Part shown: positions 1 to 11,488 of the stretch, in pieces | Position numbering within the stretch: the stretch's first letter is position 1 | Layout: each line of letters starts with the position of its first letter | DNA from: Pristiophorus japonicus | Lineage: Eukaryota | Length of the DNA: 64,000 nt | Direction of reading: 5' to 3' | Assembly: GCF_044704955.1 (NCBI RefSeq) | Contig: NC_091992.1 | Span: 57,412,001 to 57,476,000, forward strand | The notes under the pieces: generated by a model | The model's input: the letters and a program-made list of their open reading frames with translations, nothing else | What the model was told of the DNA's origin: nothing | Databases searched by the model: none | Position numbers and translations under genes: made by a program

Positions 1-180
1 TTTTACCTCTTTATCCTCTCTGAAACCTTTGACATGGTTGACCACACCACCTCCTTCAACACCTCTCTCTCCATTGTAGAGCTTGGTGGGACTGCCCTTA
101 CTTGGTTTACTCTTAACCTATCCAATAGTAGGTAGAGCATCTCCACCAATAACATCTCTTCCCACCTCCACATCATCATC

Positions 181-600
181 AATTTGGATAGGCTGGGGTT
201 GTTTTCTTTGGAACAAAGGAGGCTGAGGGGAGACCTTTTGAGTGTACAACATTATGAAGGGCCTAGATAGGGTGGATAGGAAGGACCTATTTCCCTTAGC
301 AGAAAGGTCAACAATCAGGGGGCATAGATTTAAAGTAATTGATAAATGGTTTAGAGGGGATTTGAGGGGAACTTTTTTCATCCAGAGGGTGGTGGAGGTC
401 TCGAACTCACCGTCCGAAAGGGTGGGAGAGGCACATTAAAAAAAGTACCTGGATATGCATTTGAAGTGCCATAACCTACAAGGCTATGGACCAAGAGCTG
501 AAAAGTGGGATCAGGCTGAATAGCTCTTTGTCAGCCGGCACGGATACAAATGGGCCAAAATGGCCTTTTTCTGTGCTGTAAACTTCTATGATTCTATGAT
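181..600 (+). mobile_element. CR1 LINE 3' fragment
   Basis: Encodes LDRLGLFSLEQRRLRGD and YNIMKGLDRVDRKDLFP-like C-terminal CR1 ORF2 sequence; ends in a TTCTATGATTCTATGAT tail. Confidence 0.85.
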
Positions 601-760
601 CTCTGGAATCCCCCAAAGATCTATGCTTGGCCGCTTCCTCTTTCTTATCGACATGAAACCCCTTGGTAGCATCATCTGCAGACATGGAGTCAGCTTCCTC
701 ATGTATGCTGACGAAACTCAGCTCAACTTCTCACCATCTCTCTCTCCCAATGCCTCTATT

Positions 761-1351
761 CATCAGACGGTCCCTCGAACGAGGATGACTTGCTTCCACA
801 AGCTCACAGGTGTTTCGATGAAGGACCCGATGTTCCAGTCCTGAACTCCAATTGAGGAGGTGGAAGATACCTGTGCGTGAACTTTTTTAATGTGTGGTGG
901 CCGTTGCACACCAGCCACCACCTGGGCTTGACAGAGCTAGGTCTTGGTCCAGTGGCAAGGATTAACCAAGACGACTGTAGACCTGCTCTGCTGCGTGGAC
1001 CTAGCGCGCACACATATCGCAGTGTGGGCTGGCCCGTGCTGCTCCTGGGCCTTCGGCTCTTCTCGGCCCTGTACCCTCATCTGTCACACCTCCGCCACAA
1101 TCTCTCGCCGCTCCTCCACCGTAAACATTCACCGCATCTCGCCACAAACACTTGCTGCTCAGCTGCCCCGACCTTCCCACTCCTCTGTACCTGGGCCCTG
1201 CCGATGTTCCTGCCCACGCTCCAAAACGGCGACCAGGGTTTTCATGACGTCACCCAGACCTGCGAGAGAACAGCTCCGCAGGTCGGGAAGTATAAGAGCT
1301 GGAGCGGCGTATCACTTCGACCTCCAGCGCGAGCTCTCCAAATGTGCCTCC
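761..1351 (-). mobile_element. Non-autonomous RTE-derived retroelement (bipartite 5'+3'), longest copy
   Basis: Shares its 3' end (GGTCCCTCGAACGAGGATGACTTGCTTCCA on +) with the RTE copies at 12428 and 51396. TSD ATGCCTCTATT (750-760) / ATGCTTCTATT (1352-1362). Homologous copies at 9589 and 32902. Confidence 0.75.
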
Positions 1352-2147
1352 ATGCTTCTATTGCCTCAGTGTTGTCCAACATCCTGTCTTAGATTATCTG
1401 CAAATTCCACCAGCTAAACATTAGGAACTCTGAAGCCACTGTCATTGTACCCCTAATCTCCCCTCTACAAATTGCATAGACCGGGCACCTATTGTATACT
1501 CCTCCTCAGCTACCGTCTCAGCCTAAACCAAACTGTTCGCAACCGTGGCATCTTATTCAACTCCGATGTACCCAGATCCTCTCCATCACAAAGAGTGCCG
1601 ACATCCTCCTCCATAACATCACACGTCCCCGCCTTTGCCTCAGCCCATCTGCTGCTAAAACCCTAATCCGTGCCTTTGTCACCTTTAAACTTGATTGTTT
1701 CAATGCTCTCCTGACCTGCCTCCGATCCTCCATATCCTTCAGCTCATCCTGCACCAACCCACTCAGCCATCACCCCTGTGCTTGCTTACCTTTTGGCCCC
1801 CTATTCCTCAATATCTCCACTTAATTCTTATCCATCTGTTCAAATTCCATCTTGGCCTCGCCTCTCTCTAGCCCTTTTTCCTCCTCCAGGCCTACAATCG
1901 CTCATCGCCCAAAATATACGTTCTTACTTGGCCTCTTGTGCATTCTTCCCTCCCATTACCCCAACACTGGTGGTCAATCGCCATGCTTTTGGCCACCTAG
2001 GCTCCACGCTTGGAATTCTCTCCCTTAACACTCTGCCTTTCAGCAAGCTTTCTGGTTACCTCTCGCAATGGATCCTGCTTTGGTTCAGCATCATTTTTTC
2101 CTTAGCCTTCTGCGAAGTGCCTTACAATATTTTTTCCCCATTAAAGG

Positions 2148-2357
2148 TGTTGTGTATCTGTAAAGCATGCATTCCCATGTTCCGCCACCAGAAAGCGCAT
2201 CCCCTGAAGACCCAAGGGATCCCAGCATCCCTTGGGAGCACTGTATATAAGCCGGCCCCTAAGGCCTATTCCTCACTAAGGAGTGTCTTAATAAAGACTG
2301 AGGTCACTGTCACTTTAATCTCCCTGTGTGCAGTCTCATCTGTGTTAGGAAACGATA
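2148..2357 (+). repeat. 5' LTR of Gypsy A copy 1
   Basis: Starts TGTTG; contains a CCCAAGGGAT/ATCCCTTGGG hairpin, TATATAA near 2244 and AATAAA near 2290; matches 7034-7228. Confidence 0.92.
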
Positions 2358-2389
2358 ACTGGTAGCGAGTATACGAATCCAACGCAAAG

Positions 2390-5300
2390 GTGCAGCAAAC
2401 TGTGGGCATCTTGGAGAAGTTCTCAGAGGGTGAGGACTGGGAAGCCGATGTCGAACGGCTAGACCAACACTTTGTAGCCAACGAGCTGGACGGAGAAGGA
2501 AGTGCTGCAAAAAGCAGAGTGGTCCTCCTCATGGTCTGCAGGACACCGACCTACAGCCTCATGAAGAATCTTCTGGCTCCGGTGAAACCTACAGATAAGT
2601 CGTATGAGGAGCTGTGTACACTAGTTCGGGAGCATCTTAACCCGAGGGAGAGCGTGCTGATGGCGAGGTATCGATTCTACACGTGCCAGCGATCTGAAGG
2701 TCAGGAAGTGGCGAGCTACATCGCCGAGCTAAGGCGGCTTGCAGGACAATGTGAGTTTGATGGCTACCTGGAGCAGATGCTCAGAGACTTTTTTGTACTG
2801 GGCATTGGCCACGAGACCATCCTATGAAAACTTTTGACTGTAGCGACACCGACCCTCAGTAAGGCCATTGCGATAGCACAGGCGTTTATGTCCACCAGTG
2901 ATGTTGCTACAGTTGTACAGGGCATTGGTGAGGCCACACCTGGAGTATTGTGTACAGTTTTGGTCTCCTAACCTGAGGAAGGACATTCTTGCTATTGAGG
3001 GAGTGCAGCGAAGGTTCACCAGACTGATTCCCGGGATGGCGGGACTGACCTATCAAGAAAGACTGGATCAACTGGGCTTGTATTCACTGGAGTTCAGAAG
3101 AATGAGAGGGGACCTCATAGAAACATATAAAATTCTGACGGGGTTAGACAGGTTAGATGCAGGAAGAATGTTCCCAATGTTGGGGAAGTCCAGAACCAGG
3201 GGTCACAGTCTAAGGATAAGGGGTAAGCCATTTAGGACCGAGATGCGGAGGAACTTCTTCACCCAGAGAGTGGTGAACCTGTGGAATTCTCTACCACAGA
3301 AAGTTGTTGAGGCCAATTCACTAAATATATTCAAAAAGGAGTTAGATGAGGTCCTTACTGCTAGGGGGATCAAGGGGTATGGCGAGAAAGCAGGAATGGG
3401 GTACTGAAGTTGAATGTTCAGCCATGAACTCATTGAATGGCGGTGCAGGCTAGAAGGGCCGAATGGCCTACTCCTGCACCTATTTTCTATGTTTCTATGT
3501 TTCTATAACACCAAATAAATTTCTCAGCACACAAGTGTTAGCAATGTTCATAAATTAATTGGAACAGTGTTTGCGAGCAGAAATGTACAGGGCAGAACCC
3601 ACGAGTCTGCAACTGCCAGCAGGCCTCAGGTGACCCAGATGACTCCGTGTCCGCAACAAAGGATGAATGCAAGGCATTGTGAAGGCTTCCATTCAGCCTA
3701 TTCACGCCGCTTCAAAGGGTATGTTTGCAAGAGCTGTGGAAGGGGGCACCTCCAATGAGCTTGCAGACGAGCTGCAAGCTCTGCAAAACCTGCTAACCAC
3801 CACGTGGCAGAGGAAGATCGGTCCATGGTAGACCAAAGCAATTTCGAGCCTCAGAGAGAGAAGACAGATGCTGAAGTACACGAGGTGCACACATTTTCAA
3901 CGAAATGGCCACCTATAATGATGAATGTAAAATTGAATGGCTCACCCGTAGCCATGGAACTGGACCACTGGTGCTAGCTAATCCATCATGAGTAAAAAGA
4001 TGTTTGAGAGACTGTGGTGCAACAAGGCACTCAGACCAGCCCTGAGCCCAATCCACACGAAACTGAGAACGTACACCAAAGAGCTCATCACTGACCTGGG
4101 CAGCGCCATGGTCAAGGTCACCTACGAGAGCACAGTGCACGAACTGCCACTCTGGATTGTCCCGGAACTGGGATGACATCCGAGCGCTCACACATGTTGA
4201 TGAGGCCTCAAGTACCCAGCTTCTTAACAAATTTCCTTCCCTTTTTGAGCCAGGCAATGGAAACTTTTCCGGGGCGAAGGTGCGGATCCACTTGGTCCCA
4301 GAGGTACGACCCTTTCACCACAAGACGCAAGCGGTACCTCACATGATGAGGGAGAGCGTGGAAATCGAGCTGGACAGGCTGCAACGCGAGGGCATCATCT
4401 CCTCAGTGGAATTCAGCGAGTGGGCCAGCCCGATTGTTCCAGTACTCAAAAGTGATGGCACAGTCAGGATTTGCGGCATTATAAAGTAACTATTAATTGT
4501 TTCTCGCTACAGGACCAAACCCGCTACCGAAGGCAGGTGACCTATTTGCGACACTGGCAGGAGGCAAGACGTTCACCAAGCTCGACCTGACTTCGGCCTA
4601 CATGACGCAGGAGCTGGAGGAGTCTTCGTAGGGCCTCACCTGCATCAACACGCACAAGGGACTGTTCATCTACAACAGATGCCCATTTGGAATTCGGTCG
4701 GCTGCAGCGATCTTCCAGAGAAACATGGAGAGCCTACTCAAGTCGGTACCACGCACGGTGGTTTGTCAGGACAACATATTGGTCACGGGTCGGGACACTG
4801 TCGAGCAACTACAAAACCTGGAGGAGGTCCTCCAGCGACTGGATCGCGTAGGACTGTGGCTGAAGAGGTCGAAATGCATCTTCATGGCAACAGAAGTGGA
4901 GTTTTTGGCGAGAAAGATCGCGGCGGACGGCATTCGGCCCACAGACGCCAAGACAGAGGCTATCAGGAATGCGCCCAGGCCACAGAATGTCACGGAGCTG
5001 CGGTCGTTCCTGGGACTCCTCAACTATTTTGGTAACTTCCTACCGGGGTTAAGCACCTTCTTAGAGCCCCTACATGTGTTATTGTGTAAAGGTGAGAACT
5101 GGGTATGGGGAAAAAAAACAAGTAATTGCTTTTGAGAAAGCCAGAAACATTTTATGCTCCAACAAACTGCTTGTATTGTATAACCCGTATAAAAGACTTG
5201 TGCTAGCATGTGATTGGTCGTCATACAGAGTCGGGTGTGTATTACAAGCTAACGTTGCGGGGAAGTTGCAACCTGTCGCCTATGCTTCCAGGAGCTTGTC

Positions 5301-7000
5301 TAAGGCCAAGAGGGCCTACAGCATGATTGAGAAAGAGGCATTAGCGTGTGTGTTCGGGGTAAAGAAAATGCACCAGTACCTGTTTGGCCTCAAATTTGTG
5401 CTGGAAACCGATCACAAGCCCCTCACATCCCTGTTCGCTGAAAACAAGGTGCTAAATACTAATGCCTCAGCCTGCGTACAAAGGTGGGCATTCGCACTAT
5501 CAGCGTATAACTATACCATCCGCCACAGGCCAGGCATCGACAACTGTGCGGATGCTCTCAGTCGGCTACCATTGCCCACCACGAGGGTGGAAATGGCGCA
5601 GCCTGTAAACTTGTTGATGGTCATGGAAGCGTTTGAAAATGATAAATCATCTGTCACGGCCCACTATATTAGGTCTTGGACCAGCCAAGATCCCCTGCTG
5701 TCCCTAGTAAAAAAAACTGTGTACTGTATGGGAGCTGGGCCAGCATCCCTGTTGAAATGCAAGAGCTAATGAAGCCGTTTCAGAGGCGAAAGGACAAGCT
5801 GTCCATTCAGGCAGACTGCTTGTTGTGGGGTAACCGCGTAGTGCTACCCAAAAAGGGCAGGGAGACGTTCATCTCGGATCATCACAGCACACACCCGGGT
5901 ATAGTAATGATGAAAGTGATAGCCAGGTCCCATGTGTGGTGGCCCGGTATCGACTCTAACTTAGAGTCCTGTGTACGGCAATGCCGCGTGTGTGCTCAGT
6001 TGAGCAACGCGCCCAGAGAGGCACCACTAAGTTTGTGGCCCTGGCCCTCCAGACCATGGTGAAGGATCCATGTCGACTATGCGGGCCCGTTTCTCGGTAA
6101 AATGTTCCTGGTGGTGGTGGATGCTTTTTCAAAATGGATTGAATGTGAAATAATGTTGGGAAACACTGCCACCGCCACCACTGAAAGCCTGAGGGCAATG
6201 TTTGCCACCCACGGCCTGCCTGACATATTGATCAGCGACAACGGGCCATGTTTCACCACTGCTGAATTTAAAGAATTCATGACCCGCAATGGGATCAAAC
6301 ATGTCACCTCGGTCCTGTTTAAACCAGCTCCAATGGGCAGGCAGAGCGGGCAGTACAAACAATCAAACAGAGCCTTAAACGAGTCACAGAAGGCTCACTC
6401 CAAACCCGCCTGTCCCGAGTACTGCTCAGCTACTGCACGAGACCCCACTCGCTCACAGGGGTGCCCCCGGCTGAGCTACTCATGAAAAGAACGCTGGTTC
6501 ACCCCAACCTGCATGATCAGGTAGAGGGCAGGCGGCAGCAACAAAATGTAAACGATGGTCGCGCTACTGTGTCACGGGAAATTGATCTGAATGACCGTGT
6601 ATGTGCTAAACTATGGACATGGTCCCAAGTGGATTGCGGGCACGGCGATAGCTAAAGAAGGGAGTAGGGTGTTTGTCGTCAAACTAGACAATGGACAAAT
6701 TTGCAGAAAGTACCTGAACCAAACGAGGCTGCGGTTCACAGACTGCCCTGAACAACCCATAGCAGACACCACCTTTTTCAAGCCCACAACACACACCCAA
6801 AGGATCAACGACCAGGAAATTGAACCCATCACGCCCAACAGCCCAGCAAGGCCAGGCTCACCCAACAGCCCTGCAGGGCCAACAACACGCCAGCCCAGCG
6901 AGGGCACAGCCAACACACCAAACACACCAGAACAGACATTTGTACTGAGGCGGTCCACCAGGGAAAGAAAGGCTCCCCGACCACCTCACCTTGTAAATAG
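2390..7000 (+). pseudogene. Gypsy gag-pol (K02A2.6-like), fragmented by frameshifts, stops and a CR1 insertion
   Basis: ORF fragments: gag KFSEGEDWE; RT SEWASPIVPV and LRSFLGLLNY; RNase H EKEALACVFGVKK and NCADALSRLP; integrase zinc finger H..HPGIV..WWPG..C..C and core SDNGPCF. Confidence 0.92.
2903..3506 (+). mobile_element. Young 5'-truncated CR1 inserted into Gypsy gag
   Basis: Open ORF2 C-terminus ([19 protein letters not shown]...GYGEKAG), 3' UTR and (TTTCTATG)n tail. It splits CCAGTGAT|AACACC, which is contiguous in Gypsy copy 2. Confidence 0.95.
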
Positions 7001-7033
7001 TTTTCACTTTGACTTTGGGGTGGTGGGGAGTGA

Positions 7034-7228
7034 TGTTGTGTATCTGTAAAGTGCCACCAGGGAGCACATCCCCTGAAGTCCCAAGGGATCCCAGCATCCC
7101 TTGGGAGCACTGTATAATTAGCCGGCCCCTAAGGCCTGTTCCTCACTCTGGAGTGTCTTAATAAAGACTGAGGTCACTGCTACTTTAACTTCCCTGTGTG
7201 CAGTCTCATCTGTGTTAGGAACACAATA
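7034..7228 (+). repeat. 3' LTR of Gypsy A copy 1
   Basis: Follows the polypurine tract; TGTTG...ACACAATA; homologous to the 5' LTR with a short deletion near its start. Confidence 0.92.
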
Positions 7229-7984
7229 AAAGGCACTACATAAATGCAAGTTGTTCTTGTTGTAAGTTTGTTGCAGCTGTTCAAAAAAAGTGAGAGAAAT
7301 GCATGGAACAATTGAGCATGTGAAATATCAATTTTGACTTCAGTTTCACAGGCCACAGGCATACTAGTTGCATCTCTACAAATGCTCTTTTACTGCTATG
7401 GAGGCTCCATGGTCTAAACTCCAAGGTAGAGTCCGCAGCTGATTTCATTTCACTTCGAAGAGAATGGTTATGAACATCTGAGAGAGAAAGTCTGAGATTT
7501 CACTGCTCTATATTCAGATTGGTGAGCTTTGTGAAGAGATATCCTCCACTAGTAGAATGCATGGAGTAGCACAGAGGCATTCATCTCGGTGGTAGTTATG
7601 TACCATTGTATACATCTGGACAAGTGATGTTAAGTGCCATCTCTGAAAGCCACGAGTCCACAGTGACTACAGCAAAGGAAATCCTTCGCACTGATGAAGG
7701 TCCATCAGGGTTAGTTGCCAAGACAGATTGTGGGCCCCTGTATCCCATGCAAGTTGCAAGGTGGCTTTGCAGCCACCCACAGTGTTACTCCTTCAACTCG
7801 GTGAACACTTAGAGGTATTATACAAACAAGTTCACAAAGAATGAGAGCCAATGCACCAGTAGAGCACACTATAACCGCACACCACTAACACTGCACAATT
7901 TAATCCAATTTATTTACTTATATATTTTAGTCTGTAATTCTTTCATTAAACTCAAAGAATTTATTCTGCAAAGGCAAAGTAGGT

Positions 7985-8250
7985 CACTCCTGAGCTCCCC
8001 ATGGTATTAAAGTTGAGGGTCATAACGACCTTCACTGCCACTGGAAACACACTGCAGATGGCTGGCTGGCTCAGCAGATCTTCATGGAGCAGATGGCACA
8101 CCTCAATCACAGCCTCCCTGCTGAGCCTAAACATCCTCACTATTCTGGCATACCTAGGTAGCTGACTTTGTCATAGTGGTCCCACTTCCAAGGGTAATAC
8201 CTGCACCTCTCTGACTCTCCACCACTTCCAGCCCCCTTCTCTTTCTTCAC
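7985..8250 (-). pseudogene. Old PIF/Harbinger transposase N-terminal fragment
   Basis: Minus strand reads VRMFRLSREAVIEVCHLLHEDLL...FPVAVKVVMTLNFNTMGS, matching the RF/S..ALPVAVKVT.ALNFYA.GSFQ region seen at 19443-19910 and 28313-29354. Confidence 0.7.
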
Positions 8251-9588
8251 TGAACTATACCCACCAACGGCTGCTACATTCACACATTCACATAAAAAAA
8301 ATCATTTCTTCTAGTGTAGTGATGCTTCAGAATCTTTCCTTTCATTAAACCCTTTAATGCCAGGTCTGATCCAGAGTAACATTTTTGAATTGACCACTCA
8401 GTTGTAGATTGCATAAATACATCATTCATGGTCTCTAATAATTTAAAAACAAATCTGATTTCCATGGACTTTTTAAATCCAGGATTATGAATCTAGAAAG
8501 CAGCAGTAATTACAGACCAATAGTCCAGTAGCACTTTCCGCTAGCATTTCATCTCTTTATATTCTCTCCTTTTTGATAAATATTACCAAGTAAAGAAAAA
8601 TGCGGTTCTTTCAAGTCTTAAAGATTTCAATAGCAGAATCTTCATCTTCGGTAGATGATGCAAAACTGAAAATCTTTCCCCAGGTGTCTGTCTGGTTCTG
8701 TCTGAAAAAGCACTATTAAGGCGAGAATAAAACTAAGAAAATATTGCAAAGAAATGGTAAAAGAAAAGATGTAGATATATCTGAAAAAGTAACTTTCTAA
8801 AAAACTGAAATAAATGCTGAACATATGCAAATCTTCAGCTTGGTTAGGCAACAGACTATGCTAAAGAAAGACATCTGTCAGTTCTACTCTGCTAATCTGT
8901 TCTACATTAGTGCACTGAGCTAATGAAATACTTGCTAAACATGAGTTTGTTATATACAGTAAAAATGCTTGGCAGTCTGCAAGATTCAGTGTAGCAGAAA
9001 GCCACTCAAGCTTGCTAACAATTCTAAATATTTTATATAACCACAATCAAGTTCACAACATAAAAGTGATATTGCATAAGCAGCATTCCATTCCTTTTCA
9101 TCTCCTTCCAAGGATCCTGATATATTGGACATGTACAACTAACAATGGTTCAAAACATCTAATACCAGTTATTGAGGTATACTTACCTCCTTTACCTATT
9201 TTCTGTCACGGTTGACATCTGTCCATTAAACTGACAGGTAGGTGCACCTGCATTTCCTCCCATTGAATTTGTGCCTCAAGTATAAACTGGCCAATGAACA
9301 TGGACCTATTCTGATAGTAATTAACTAGCCTTTGAAGGGGCCTAGGAAGCCACTCATGTATCAAACCTTATTTGGGCAACCAAGAATGGGCATAAAAGTG
9401 TTGGGTTTGCAGCAACACTCACAACCGGAGAATGAATAAAAAGAACCTCAGTAGTTAACAAGGCTTCTTCTTCATCATTTATTCTGAACTGCTGGATATC
9501 GGAATGTGTGGATATCAGAATGTCCAAGCAAGGGTTGTCCACAAATCCTAATGTTCTGATAATCTCACCATGCTTCCTGATGTGAAGT

Positions 9589-9809
9589 CATCATCACAGG
9601 TGGTCCCTCGAACGAGGATGACTTACTTCCACGAGTTCACAGATGTTTTAATGAAGGACCCGATATTCCAGTCCTGAACTCCAGTTGAAAGGGTGGAAAT
9701 GGCCAAGCGTGGATTTTTTTAATGTGTGGTGACCGTTGCACATCAGCCATCACATGGGCTTGACAGAGCTAGGCTTTTATCCAGTGGCAAGGGTTAACCA
9801 GGATGACTG
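9589..9809 (-). mobile_element. Non-autonomous RTE derivative, 5'-truncated copy
   Basis: Homologous to about 761-985; (CAT)n tail; TSD GTGAAGT (9582-9588 / 9810-9816). Confidence 0.8.
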
Positions 9810-9929
9810 GTGAAGTATGACAAACAAGATGGCCATTTCAAGAACAGTACCATTTCAATACCAGGTTGTATGTATCCACATTAGCTCATTTCTCAGCCAC
9901 AGTGTGCTGGGAGCCAAGCTCTATCCCAA

Positions 9930-10514
9930 TAAGAACATAAGAGCTAGGAGCAAGAGTAGGCCATGTGGCCCCTCGAGCCTGCTCCGCCATTTAATAAGAT
10001 CATGGCTGATCTGATCATGGACTCAGGTCCACCTCCCTGCCCGCTCCCCATAACATCTTGTTCCCTTATGGTTTAAGAAACTGTCTATTTCTGTCTTAAA
10101 TTTATTCAATGTCCCAGCTTCCACAGCTCTCTGAGGCAGAGAGTTCCACAGATCCACAACCCTCAGAAGAAATTTCTCCTCATCTCAGTTTTAAATGGGC
10201 GGCCCCTTATTCTAAGATTTTGCCCTCTAGTTTTGGTCTCCCCTATCAGTGGAAACATCCTCTCTGCATCCTCGTCCAGCCCCCTCTTAATCGTACACGT
10301 TTCGATAAGATCACCTCGCATTCTTCTGAATTCCAATAAGTAGAGGCCCAATTTGCTCAACCTTTCCTCATAAGACAACTCCTCATCTCTGGAATCAACC
10401 TTGTGAACCTTCTCTGAACTGCCTCCAAAGCAAGTATATCCTTTTGTAAAAATAGAAACCAAAACTGCCCACATTATTCCAAGTGTGGCCTCACCAATAC
10501 CCTGTCCAACTGTA
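9930..10514 (-). mobile_element. CR1 3' fragment
   Basis: LSYEERLSKLGLYLLEFRRMRGDLIET and TEMRRNFF; tail reads TAAGAACATAAGA on +. Confidence 0.88.
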
Positions 10515-11488
10515 ATACAAGTTATAAAACTGGCATTGTATGTTTTTTTTTCTTTAATAACTAAATTATATAGTGAATGGTTTTAAAATGAACACTGTCT
10601 TTCCTCAAGGGACCCACCAGCTAAGAACAAGATGGAATCACCTGTGAGAAAGGAGGTCAGATTGTTTGATCTGGTAATTAATCGTATAGCTGATGCACTG
10701 TCTCCATATTTCTCAGTTCCTAGGTATGCTCGGTCTGGATGAACTGCAAACATTTCCTTGTCAAGAGCCTCTAAGCTCCAGATATTCCCTGCTGACTTTG
10801 ATATGTCTTGACAATTCTGTATCCAAGGCCCCCTCAGTATAAAAGCTTTTGCAGCCTGTCACTGCGATGAGACAGAACTCTGAGTGTAAGGGTGTGCAGT
10901 TACATAAAGATACTTGATTTTAAGGATTCTGAATGATTATAAGAATCTTGTTGTTTTGGTCACAGTAGTTAAAGCAGCATATTTAAGGACTTTTCTGCTA
11001 TTTTTTTCTGCTGATTTAAGTTGCTTTTGCATTTATTCCTTTCCTGTAACAAAGTTTAGTCTAATGTATATGATGTATCAGTAGTGTTTTGCATCAGCAG
11101 AGTGATTGGGGGTAAATAGTGAGGATCCCATACTATTTCCAGTATAAACTCGAGGAAAACAGTTCGACTTGAAGCATGAATGGGGTTAGGTTTCAATTTA
11201 AGAGAGGTGTGGGCCTGCTCATGGAAGCTCATTTTAATTTTAGCAGTCAGGACAAAGCACAAGGTGAGGACAGCTCTTTAAGGCAATGCTGTAGTGGAAA
11301 AAAATGCTGCAGCTTTTACTGTGTGATGCACGCACATTACTGACTGCAAGATCTTAGCTATTCCAAACTTTGATTTCAGAAGCCATACTTAATCCTGTAC
11401 AGACACAGATATAATTGTGCAAATATGTCCTAAGGAAGGATGGATCTCACCACATTTGAATAGTGAATGACGTAACAATAAAGATAAT

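Larger units (their letters stand above)
1..2147 (+). mobile_element. Decayed L2-type LINE (RT region to 3' end), interrupted by a CR1 (about 181-600), an RTE derivative (761-1351) and a Gypsy element; its tail resumes at 7229-7262
   Basis: Degenerate RT motifs: FDMVDH near 28-45, GIPQRSMLG near 605 and YADETQL near 704. An L2-like tail AAAGGCACTACATAAATGCAAGTTGTT follows the Gypsy TSD. Confidence 0.75.
2148..7228 (+). mobile_element. Ty3/Gypsy LTR retrotransposon, Mag-like family A, copy 1 (full length, degenerate)
   Basis: Two LTRs (2148-2357, 7034-7228), 5-bp TSD AAAGG (2143-2147 / 7229-7233), PBS-like TGGTAGCGAG at 2360, PPT near 7016-7033, and domain order gag-protease-RT-RNaseH-integrase. 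Confidence 0.95.

Noticed and set aside
10724-10842. Possible plus-strand exon (MLGLDELQTFPCQEP...)
   Set aside because: Short frame ending in a stop, no recognisable homology and no partner exons.
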